Assembly (NCBI GenBank): GCA_023261405.1
Contig: JAHFOZ010000003.1
Location: forward strand, 1-33,386
Source of the DNA: Planctomycetota bacterium
Lineage (GTDB): Bacteria; Planctomycetota; MHYJ01; JACPRB01
DNA: 33,386 nt
Direction of reading: 5' to 3'
The notes under the pieces are model-generated. The model saw nothing but the letters and a program-made list of their open reading frames with translations. It was not told the origin of the DNA and made no database searches. Positions 16,516 through 25,687 of this stretch are shown here, piece after piece (positions within the stretch are counted from its first letter, which is position 1; the number at the start of each line of letters is the position of its first letter). The position numbers and the translations under genes are program-made.

Positions 16516-19500
16516 GTGCTGCGTCTGGCGTCCATCACCCTCGGCGCGCTCCTCCTGGCCCTCGGGCCTGCATCCGGACAAGCCGGGCCGAAAGACGCCG
16601 GCAAGGTCGACTTCACCCGCGACATCCGCCCCATCCTCGCCAACAACTGCCTCCTCTGCCACGGGCCCGACGCGAAAGCGCGCAAGGCCGACCTGCGCCT
16701 CGACTCGCGGGACTCCGCCATGGCCGACCTGGGGGAGGGCGTCCGGGCCATCGTCCCGGGCCAGCCCGCCAAGAGCGCCCTCTACCAGCGCATCACCGCC
16801 GCCGATCCAGAGGACGTGATGCCCCCGGCCAAGACGGGGAAGAAGCTCACGAAGGTCCAGGTGGACCTCCTCAAGCGCTGGATCGAGGAGGGCGCCCCCT
16901 ACGCGAAGCACTGGTCGTTCGCCAGGCCCGAGCGTCCCGCGCCGCCTGCCGTGAAAGACGCGAAGTGGGCCCGCAACGACGTCGACCGCTTCATCCTCGC
17001 CCGCCTCGAGAGGGAGGGGCTCAAGCCCTCCCCCGAGGCCGACCGCCACGCCCTCGCGCGGCGCCTCTCGCTCGACCTCACCGGGCTGCCCCCTGCGATC
17101 GAGGACGTGGACCGTTTCGTGAACGACAAGGCCCCCGACGCCTACGAGACCTGCGTCGACCGCCTCCTCGCCTCGCCCGCCTACGGCGAGCGATGGGGCC
17201 GCGTCTGGCTCGACCTCGCCCGCTACGCCGATTCGCAGGGCTACACCGAGGACCGCCCCCGCGTCATCTGGGCCTTCCGCGACTGGGTGATCCGCGCGCT
17301 CAACGAGAACATGCCCTTCGACCGCTTCACGATCGAGCAGCTCGCCGGCGACCTCCTCCCGAACGCAACGGACTCCCAGGTCCAGGCCACCGGCTTCCAC
17401 CGCAACACGCTCACCCAGACCGAGGGCGGCACCGACGACGAGGAGTTCCGCAACTTCGCGATCATCGACCGCGTGAACACCACGATGGCGGTCTGGATGG
17501 GCGTCTCGTTCAACTGCGCGCAGTGCCACGACCACAAGTTCGACCCGTTCTCGCAGGAGGAGTTCTTCCGTCTCTTCGCCTTCTTCAACCAGACCGAGGA
17601 CAACGACCAGCCCGACGACAAGCCCCTCCTGATGATGTTCAGCGAGGAGCAGAAAAAGCAGAAGCAGGGCTGGCTGGACGAGATCGCCCGGCTGGAAACC
17701 GTCCTCGCCCAGCCCTCTCCCGAGCTCGAGGCGGGCCGGAAGAAGTGGGAGGAGGGTTTCCGGAAGCCCGTGGCGTGGACCGCGCTCAGGCCCGCCGAGC
17801 TCAAGAGCGCCTCCGGAGCCGCGCTCGCGCTCCAGGGGGACGCCTCCATCCTTGCGAGCGGAGGCACGCCGGCGAAGGACACCTACACGCTGCACGTCAC
17901 GACGGACGCGAAATCGATCGCCGCGCTCAGGCTCGAGGCCCTGCCCGACCCTTCGCTCCCCGCCTCCGGGCCGGGCCGCGGCGCCAAGGGCGACTTCCTC
18001 CTGTCGCGGGTCGCGGTCTCCCTCGTCCCGAAGGACGGCAAGTCGCTCGAGGCCCGCTTCGTGCGCGTGGAGCTCCCGGGCCAGCCGTACCTCTCGCTCG
18101 CCGAGGTCCAGGTCCTGAGCGGCGGCGCGAACGTCGCGCTCAAGGGGAAGGCGAGCCAGTCGAGCACCGGCTTCGAGGGCGTCGCCTCCCGGGCCATCGA
18201 CGGCGTGACCAACGGCGACTACCACGCGGCCAACTCCGTGACCCACACCGCCGGCGGCGAGGACAACCCGTGGTGGGAGGTCGATCTCGGGAAGCCCGTG
18301 CCGATCGAGAGGATCGTGATCTGGAACCGCACCGACGGCGGCACCTCCGAGCGACTCAAGGGCTTCAGGGTGAAGCTGCTCGACAAGGACCGCAAGGGGG
18401 TGGACGAGCGGAAGTTCGACAAGGCGCCCAACCCCAAGGTGGAGTGGCCGGTCGACGGCACGCGCGCCATCGCGCTCCGTTCGGCGCACGGGGAGGGCGG
18501 GGCGGCCGCGCTGGTGGCCAACGCCGACCCGAAGACCCAGGGCTGGTCGGGCGCGGCGGGGAAACCGCACGAGGCCGTGATCATCCTCGAGAAGCCCCTC
18601 GCCCTCGAGGCGGGGACGGTCCTGGGGCTGACGCTGGAGCACGCCTCGGGCGCCGCGCTGGGGAGGTTCCGGGTCTCGGCGACCGCGGACCCCGCGGCCC
18701 AGGCCGACCTGCCCGCGGACGTGCAGGCGATCCTGGGGAAGGCCGAGAGGTCGAAGGACGAAGCGGCGAAGGTCGAGACGTACTACCGGTCGATCGCCCC
18801 CGAGCGCGCGACGGAGCGCGCCCGCCTCGCCCAGGTCCGCAAGGACCTCGAGGGCCAGAAGGCGGCGATGACGGTCCCGGTGCTGCGCGAGCTGCCCGCG
18901 GCGCGCCGCCGGAAGACGCAGATCCAGGTGCGCGGCAACTTCCTCGTCAAGGAGAAGGAGGTCTCCGAGGGCGTGCCCGCGGTCTTCCACCCGATGCCCG
19001 AGGGCGAGCCGAAGAGCCGCCTCGCGCTGGCGAAGTGGCTCGTCCACCCGGACAACCCGCTCACGGCGCGCGTCGTGGTGAACCGGCACTGGGAGCAGCT
19101 CTTCGGGACCGGACTCGTCTCCACGAGCGAGGACTTCGGCGTGCGCGGCGAGCCGCCGTCGCACCCCGAGCTGCTCGACTGGTTGGCGACGGAGCTCGTC
19201 CGCGAGAAGTGGGACCTGAAGAAGCTCCTCAAGCTCCTGGTCACGTCCGCGACCTACCGGCAGGGCTCGAATCTTACGCCCGAGCTCGTCGGGAAGGACC
19301 CGGCGAACCGGCTCCTGGCGCGCGGCCCGCGGTTCCGCCTCTCGGCCGAGGCCGTGCGCGACCAGGCGCTCGCCGCGGGCGGGCTCCTGAGCCGCAAGAT
19401 GTTCGGGCCCTCGGTCTACCCGCCGCAGCCGAGGATCGGCCTGAGCGCGGCATTCTCCGGGTCGCTCGACTGGCAGACGAGCACGGGCGAGGACAAGTAC

Positions 19501-19956
19501 CGCCGCGGCCTCTACATCTTCTGGCGCCGCTCGGTCACCTATCCCTCGATGGCCACGTTCGACGCGCCCGACGGCAACGTCTGCTCGGTGCGCCGCATCC
19601 CGACGAACACGCCGCTCCAGGCCCTCGTCACGCTGAACGACCCGGTGTACGTCGAGGCGGCGCAGGGCCTGGCGCGGAAGATCGTGGCCGAGGGCGGCGC
19701 CTCGACCCGCGAGCGCGCGGGCTACGCCGTGCGGCGCTGCCTCTCGCGCCCGGCGCGCGACATCGAGCTTGACCGGCTGACGGCGCTCGTCGAGGAGGCC
19801 CGCGGGCGCTACGCCAAGGACGCCGCGAAGGCGAAGTCGATGGCCACGGAACCGCTGGGCCCGGTGCCCGCGGGGGCGGACCTCGCCGAGCTGGCCGCCT
19901 GGACGGTGGCGGGCAACGTGCTCCTGAACCTGGACGAAATGTTCCTCAAGAGGTGA
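16516..19956 (+). CDS. PSCyt1 - DUF1549/PSCyt2 - discoidin (F5/8 type C) - DUF1553/PSD1 protein
   Basis: The longest ORF begins at TTG 16483. GTG 16516 preceded by AAAGGAA gives the signal peptide (M)LRLASITLGALLLALGPASG. Motifs: [37 protein letters not shown], a discoidin-like block (QSSTGFEG..AIDG......NPWWEVDLG....IERIVIWNR) and the DUF1553 C-terminal region (PDGNVCSVRR). Confidence 0.92.
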   Translation: MLRLASITLGALLLALGPASGQAGPKDAGKVDFTRDIRPILANNCLLCHGPDAKARKADLRLDSRDSAMADLGEGVRAIVPGQPAKSALYQRITAADPEDVMPPAKTGKKLTKVQVDLLKRWIEEGAPYAKHWSFARPERPAPPAVKDAKWARNDVDRFILARLEREGLKPSPEADRHALARRLSLDLTGLPPAIEDVDRFVNDKAPDAYETCVDRLLASPAYGERWGRVWLDLARYADSQGYTEDRPRVIWAFRDWVIRALNENMPFDRFTIEQLAGDLLPNATDSQVQATGFHRNTLTQTEGGTDDEEFRNFAIIDRVNTTMAVWMGVSFNCAQCHDHKFDPFSQEEFFRLFAFFNQTEDNDQPDDKPLLMMFSEEQKKQKQGWLDEIARLETVLAQPSPELEAGRKKWEEGFRKPVAWTALRPAELKSASGAALALQGDASILASGGTPAKDTYTLHVTTDAKSIAALRLEALPDPSLPASGPGRGAKGDFLLSRVAVSLVPKDGKSLEARFVRVELPGQPYLSLAEVQVLSGGANVALKGKASQSSTGFEGVASRAIDGVTNGDYHAANSVTHTAGGEDNPWWEVDLGKPVPIERIVIWNRTDGGTSERLKGFRVKLLDKDRKGVDERKFDKAPNPKVEWPVDGTRAIALRSAHGEGGAAALVANADPKTQGWSGAAGKPHEAVIILEKPLALEAGTVLGLTLEHASGAALGRFRVSATADPAAQADLPADVQAILGKAERSKDEAAKVETYYRSIAPERATERARLAQVRKDLEGQKAAMTVPVLRELPAARRRKTQIQVRGNFLVKEKEVSEGVPAVFHPMPEGEPKSRLALAKWLVHPDNPLTARVVVNRHWEQLFGTGLVSTSEDFGVRGEPPSHPELLDWLATELVREKWDLKKLLKLLVTSATYRQGSNLTPELVGKDPANRLLARGPRFRLSAEAVRDQALAAGGLLSRKMFGPSVYPPQPRIGLSAAFSGSLDWQTSTGEDKYRRGLYIFWRRSVTYPSMATFDAPDGNVCSVRRIPTNTPLQALVTLNDPVYVEAAQGLARKIVAEGGASTRERAGYAVRRCLSRPARDIELDRLTALVEEARGRYAKDAAKAKSMATEPLGPVPAGADLAELAAWTVAGNVLLNLDEMFLKR

Positions 19957-19960
19957 GCGG

Positions 19961-21406
<1,446 letters not shown>

Positions 21407-21425
21407 AAACACCATGAGGGAACGC

Positions 21426-22436
21426 ATGAACCTGACTCGCTGGGGTGCCGTCGTCGCCGTGACGCTGTCCTGCCTGGCCGCGCGGCCCGCGGACGACCCG
21501 TGGGTGGTGTACGAGGGCGGCGAAGGCCCCGGCAAGGGGAAGCATGTGGTCCTCGTGAGCGGGGACGAGGAGTACCGCTCGGAGGAGACGCTCCCGCAGC
21601 TCGGGAAGGTCCTCGCGAAGCACCACGGGTTCAAGTGCACGGTCCTCTTCGCGATCAAGAAGGAGACGGGCGAGATCGACCCGAACACGGGCGACAACAT
21701 CCCCGGCCTGGAGGCGCTCAAGACGGCGGACCTGATGATCCTCTTCCTCCGCTTCCGCAAGCTCCCGGCGGAGCAGGCGAAGTTCATTGAAGACTACGTG
21801 AACGCGGGGAAGCCGGTGATGGGGCTTCGCACCTCGACGCACGCCTTCAACTACGCGAAGGACCACCCCTACGCCAAGTGGAGCTTCAACGCGAAGATCG
21901 AGGGCTGGCAGGACGGGTTCGGGAAGCAGGTCCTGGGCGAGACCTGGGTCAACCACCACGGGGCCCACGGCAAGGAGAGCTGCCGCGGGCTGATCGCGCC
22001 GGGACAGGAGAAGAACCCGATCCTGAAGGGCTGCGAGGACATCTGGGGGCCCACGGACGTCTACACCGTGAAGCTCCCGCTCGCCGCCGATTGCACGCCC
22101 GTCGTGATGGGCCAGGTGCTCCAGGGCATGAAGCCCGAGGACAAGCCGGTCGAGGGGAAGAAGAACGACCCGATGATGCCGCTCGCCTGGACCAAGTCCT
22201 ACAAGGGGGCGGAGGGGAAGGCCAGCCGGGTCTTCACGACCACAATGGGCTCCTCCCAGGACCTGCAGAACGAGGGCTTCCGGCGGCTGCTGGTCAACGC
22301 CTCCTTCTGGGGTCTCGGGATGGAGGGCCAGATCCCGGACCGCGCGAAGGTGGACATCGTCGGCGAGTTCGCCCCGAGCCCCTTCAAGTTCAACGGCTTC
22401 AAGAAGGGCGTGAAGCCGGCCGACCACCGGATGTAG
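21426..22436 (+). CDS. ThuA-like (class I glutamine amidotransferase-like fold) secreted protein
   Basis: ATG 21426 is preceded by GAGGGAA. An alternative ATG at 21414 has no RBS. It has a signal peptide (MNLTRWGAVVAVTLSCLAA). Recognised as ThuA-like from KHVVLVSGDEEYRSEETLPQLGKVLAKHHGF...ADLMILFLRFR... Confidence 0.8.
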   Translation: MNLTRWGAVVAVTLSCLAARPADDPWVVYEGGEGPGKGKHVVLVSGDEEYRSEETLPQLGKVLAKHHGFKCTVLFAIKKETGEIDPNTGDNIPGLEALKTADLMILFLRFRKLPAEQAKFIEDYVNAGKPVMGLRTSTHAFNYAKDHPYAKWSFNAKIEGWQDGFGKQVLGETWVNHHGAHGKESCRGLIAPGQEKNPILKGCEDIWGPTDVYTVKLPLAADCTPVVMGQVLQGMKPEDKPVEGKKNDPMMPLAWTKSYKGAEGKASRVFTTTMGSSQDLQNEGFRRLLVNASFWGLGMEGQIPDRAKVDIVGEFAPSPFKFNGFKKGVKPADHRM

Positions 22437-22446
22437 GGCCGCCTCC

Positions 22447-23280
22447 ATGGCGGACGTGGTCGTCACCGTCGCGGAGATCCGTCGGGAGACGGACGACGCC
22501 GTGACGCTCCGCCTCGATCTGGGCGGAGCCGCATTCCCGTACCGGCCCGGGCAGTACATCGAGATCGATCCGCATCAATTCCCGGAGCTCGCTGGCGAGA
22601 TCGCGACGCTCGAGGCCGCCAAGGGGATGCCCGAATCGCCGCGCGGCTTTTCCCTGAGCTCCGACGCGCTCGAGCCGGGGTTCCTCGAGATCTCCATCAA
22701 GGAGGATCGGAAGGGCGCCTATCCCCCGCTCCTGACGCCTTTCCTGGTGCGGCGCGTGAAGGCGGGGCAGAAGCTCGCGCTCACGGGTCCGGCCGGCCGC
22801 TACGGACTTCCCGAGTCGCCGCCCGCCGTGGCGGGCTTCCTGCACCTCTGCGCCGGGAGCGGCGTGGCGCCGAACCGCGGCATGATCCGCCACGCCCTCG
22901 CGCGCGGATGGCCCCAGCGACATCTCCTCGTGCTCCAGAACCGCACGGCGGCGGATGTCTTCTTTGCGGCCGAATGGCCCGCGCTTCTCGAGCGCCACGC
23001 GGACCGGCTCCGCGTCCGCCACGTCCTCTCGGTCACCTCCGGCGAGCATGTCTCGGTGGAACTCCTCCGGGGCGAGATGAAGGGCTGGCTGGACGGGGCC
23101 GCCGACCTGGCGCTCGTCTGCGGACCCAACCGGCCGCGCGAGTCCGTAGGGCCGGACGGGGCGAAGACGAAGCAGCCCGGGTTCTGCGAGCAGTGGTGCG
23201 GCCATCCCCGCCGGAAGCTGCCCGGGCTTCTCGATCAGCTCGGCTTCACACCCGACCGGATCCTGACGGAGATGTGGTAG
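22447..23280 (+). CDS. Ferredoxin-NADP reductase-like FAD/NAD(P)-binding oxidoreductase
   Basis: FR-type FAD-binding beta-barrel (PGQYIEI...PRGFSLSS, i.e. the R-x-[YF]-S motif), the NAD(P) motif LCAGSGVAPNRGM, and a C-terminal ...DRILTEMW. It lies 10 nt downstream of the ThuA-like gene. Confidence 0.85.
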   Translation: MADVVVTVAEIRRETDDAVTLRLDLGGAAFPYRPGQYIEIDPHQFPELAGEIATLEAAKGMPESPRGFSLSSDALEPGFLEISIKEDRKGAYPPLLTPFLVRRVKAGQKLALTGPAGRYGLPESPPAVAGFLHLCAGSGVAPNRGMIRHALARGWPQRHLLVLQNRTAADVFFAAEWPALLERHADRLRVRHVLSVTSGEHVSVELLRGEMKGWLDGAADLALVCGPNRPRESVGPDGAKTKQPGFCEQWCGHPRRKLPGLLDQLGFTPDRILTEMW

Positions 23281-23283
23281 CCT

Positions 23284-23973
23284 TCAGCGCTTCGAGCCGC
23301 CCGTGCCGCACTCGATCATCCTGGGCACGAGCTCGTCGAAGTACCGGTACGTCACCTGCTCCAGCCGGAGGAGTCCCGCGCCGGCCAGTTTCCGGTGTGC
23401 CTCGGGGCGACTCCAAGAGGTTCCGATCCGGGGGAGCATCTTCACGGTTCCCTTCGACTTCCGCGGCGGGTCCAAGGTCGCGGCGCGTCTCCGGTGGAGT
23501 TCCGGATAGACCTCGAAGCCCCATCGGTCGACCTCGAACGCGAGCTCCATCTCCTCCCGGAATCTCCCCGGGTCCAGGTGGCCCGGGACGGCGTTGAGCA
23601 CGGTCCCGTCGGCCAGGGCGAAGATCGACGTGACGTTCGACGTCCCCGCCCCGACGGGGAGGGTCCGGCACTGGGCCTCCGGGAGCGGCTTGTGCTTCTC
23701 GAACGTCTCTCCTGGCCTCTTGTTGATCCACACGCAGGCGAAGCGGGCCGCGAGGTCTTTCCGGATCGCCGGGTCGGAGAACGTCACGGTCCTCATCGCC
23801 TGCGCGGCCCCTCAGCACTTCTCCTGGTCGAGGTCGCCCACGAGGTGATAGACGAAGAGGAGCTTCTTTTCGTGGACCGCAGTCTGTCGGGCCTCCTCCA
23901 CGGAGGCGTGCCACTTCACCGGTTCGATGAGTTGCGCCAGCGCGGCCGCCAGGAGGAGGCTCGTCGTCACCAT
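23284..23973 (-). CDS. Secreted thioredoxin-fold protein interrupted by an in-frame TGA (23812-23814) at the redox-motif position: candidate selenoprotein, alternatively a pseudogene
   Basis: Minus-strand ATG 23973 gives MVTTSLLLAAALAQLIEPVKWHASVEEARQTAVHEKKLLFVYHLVGDLDQEKC-TGA-GAAQAMRTVTFSDPAIRKDLAARFACVWINK..., in frame with the listed ORF 23284-23796. The two halves together form one thioredoxin-like (Thioredoxin_7-type) domain. The downstream half alone has no signal peptide and no properly spaced RBS. Confidence 0.55.
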
Positions 23974-24029
23974 CCATCTTCCCCTGCGGCAGGGCTCTGA
24001 AAGGTGACGGTGAATCCGACGGAGCGGAG

Positions 24030-24065
24030 CCCCTCCCGGCAGCCTTCGCGGGGAGCCGGGAGGGG
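24030..24065 (-). other. Intergenic GC-rich stem-loop (11-bp perfect stem) between the DUF1326 and thioredoxin-like genes
   Basis: CCCCTCCCGGC (24030-24040) and GCCGGGAGGGG (24055-24065) are exact reverse complements with a 14-nt loop. On the transcribed (minus) strand it is not followed by a U-tract. Confidence 0.5.
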
Positions 24066-24076
24066 AAAATTCCGGT

Positions 24077-24877
24077 TTACTTGGGGTCGTGTCCGATCAA
24101 CTGCTCCTGGTACTTTTCGTGGTCGTTGTACTCGGAGTGGGCGGTCCAGCAGCCCCAGCCGATGGCGCCCCGGGCGACGCGCTCGGGGGTCAGCGTAAAC
24201 TCGGCGAAGTTGGCCTGCCGTCCGCTGAGGTCCCAGCTGTACCCGAGCGCGGCGTCCTTGTACTTGTGGGAGAGGCAGTCGGCGTGGATGAACCGGTCGC
24301 CGAAGGCGTCGAGGATCCCGGTGGAGACGACGGGCTCGGTATGGCCGGGATTGACGTGCGCGCGGGTCTTGAGCTCGAGGATGCCGGGGATGACCGCGCC
24401 GTACTCGCGGCGGTCGGCGGAGACGGTGTACGTGATCGGGACGCGCTTGAATCCCTTGAACTCTCCGGCCAGGTGTTTGGCCTTGGACCCCCACGCCTTG
24501 AGGTCGCCCGAGAGCATGTCACCCAGGGCCTTCTCCTGTTCGGGGGTGGCTTTGTCGTCGAGGTAGACGACGACCCAGTTGGCGTCGGTCTTCTCGCCGA
24601 AGCCGCGGCCGGCGACGACCCAGGCAAGTCCGGCCATGGAGGTCTTGCCGACGTGGCCGGACTCGATGCGGACGGCGTCCGTGTGGTCGCACCCATGGCA
24701 CTGCATGGGCTTCTTGTTGATGCGGCAGGGGCAGGGGGCCGCGCAGCAGCAGCCGATGATCCGGGATCCCTTCAGGGTGAAGGCGGGGGCTTCCGCGGCG
24801 GGCGCGGGCCCGGATTTCGAGGCGCAGCCGGCGGCGGCCAGGGCGAGGGCGGCGAACATCGCGCGGTGAAGGCTCAT
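24077..24877 (-). CDS. DUF1326 family Cys-cluster protein with lipoprotein-type signal peptide
   Basis: ATG 24877 is preceded by GGGAGG (6-nt spacing). MSLHRAMFAALALAAAGC is a lipobox-like signal. The DUF1326 hallmark cluster GCCCAAPCPCRINKKPMQCHGCDH is present. Stop is TAA 24077-24079. Confidence 0.85.
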   Translation of the reverse strand: MSLHRAMFAALALAAAGCASKSGPAPAAEAPAFTLKGSRIIGCCCAAPCPCRINKKPMQCHGCDHTDAVRIESGHVGKTSMAGLAWVVAGRGFGEKTDANWVVVYLDDKATPEQEKALGDMLSGDLKAWGSKAKHLAGEFKGFKRVPITYTVSADRREYGAVIPGILELKTRAHVNPGHTEPVVSTGILDAFGDRFIHADCLSHKYKDAALGYSWDLSGRQANFAEFTLTPERVARGAIGWGCWTAHSEYNDHEKYQEQLIGHDPK

Positions 24878-24905
24878 CTTTTCCTCCCTTTCAATAGATC
24901 CCGGG

Positions 24906-24934
24906 AGTCTACCTACTAGTAGGTAGGATGTCAA
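24906..24934 (-). promoter_or_regulatory. Sigma70-like promoter of the DUF1326 gene (-35 TTGACA, 17-nt spacer, -10 TAGACT) overlapped by a perfect 18-bp palindromic operator
   Basis: The minus strand reads TTGACA-TCCTACCTACTAGTAGG-TAGACT. The palindrome CTACCTACT/AGTAGGTAG occupies 24909-24926, covering most of the spacer plus the first 3 nt of the -10. It sits between a TetR gene and its divergent neighbour. Confidence 0.6.
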
Positions 24935-24975
24935 GAGAATCTGGAATCCCGCGCCTCCGGATGCTAGAGTAGGGC

Positions 24976-25563
24976 ATGCCCCGATCCGCGCCCGCCGGAA
25001 CCGCCGACCGCATCCTCGATCTCGCCGAGCGCCTCGTCCAGACGCGCGGCTTCAACGACTTCAGCTACGCGGATATCGCGGAGCAGCTCGGGATCCGGAA
25101 GGCGAGCCTCCATCACCACTTCGCCACGAAGGGCGACCTCGGGCGGCGACTCATGGTCCGCTACCACGACCGCTTTCGGGGCGCGCTGGCGGGGATCGAA
25201 ACCCGGGTGCAGGCCCCCGGGCGGAGGCTCCAGGCGTATGCGGCTCTCTATGAGGGCGTCCTCCGGGACGGCGGGCGCATGTGTCTCTGCGGGATGCTCG
25301 CCGCGGACTTCAGCACCCTCCCCAAGGGCATCCGGGACGAGGTGCGGCGGTTCTTCGACACCAACGAACGGTGGCTCTCGCGGGTCCTGTCCGCCGGGCG
25401 CCGGACGCGCGCGCTGAAGTTCGACGGAAGCCCCGAGGGGGAGGCGCGCGTCCTTCTCGACGGTCTCGAAGGCGCGATGCTCATCGCACGCATCTACGAA
25501 GACCCGGACAGCTTCGTCTCCACCGCCCGGCATCTGTTGGCGGCGCTCGGCATCAGGGGATGA
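24976..25563 (+). CDS. TetR/AcrR family transcriptional regulator
   Basis: N-terminal HTH: ILDLAERLVQTRGFNDFSYADIAEQLGIRKASLHHHFATKGDL. Length of 195 aa is typical. It is divergent from the DUF1326 gene. Confidence 0.93.
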   Translation: MPRSAPAGTADRILDLAERLVQTRGFNDFSYADIAEQLGIRKASLHHHFATKGDLGRRLMVRYHDRFRGALAGIETRVQAPGRRLQAYAALYEGVLRDGGRMCLCGMLAADFSTLPKGIRDEVRRFFDTNERWLSRVLSAGRRTRALKFDGSPEGEARVLLDGLEGAMLIARIYEDPDSFVSTARHLLAALGIRG

Positions 25564-25687
25564 TCCCGCCGTTGGCGATGATCCTCCGGAAGCGACCGCT
25601 CAGGCGCCCGCCCGGGCTTGAAAGTGCTCGGCGATCGGGGCGCAGGCCTCCCTTGTAGAGGCGGGACCGCTATGGTGGAATGTCGAG

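Noticed and set aside
23246-23977. ORF 23246-23977 (minus, 243 aa, MDGDDEPPPGG...) as the real gene in this interval.
   Set aside because: It is an alternative frame with an R/P/G-rich low-complexity product. The neighbouring frame gives a signal peptide and a coherent thioredoxin-like domain on both sides of the TGA.
24030-24065. Calling the 11-bp GC hairpin a canonical rho-independent terminator.
   Set aside because: On the transcribed (minus) strand the stem is followed by CTCCGCTCC, not a U-tract. It is reported only as a structured element of uncertain role.
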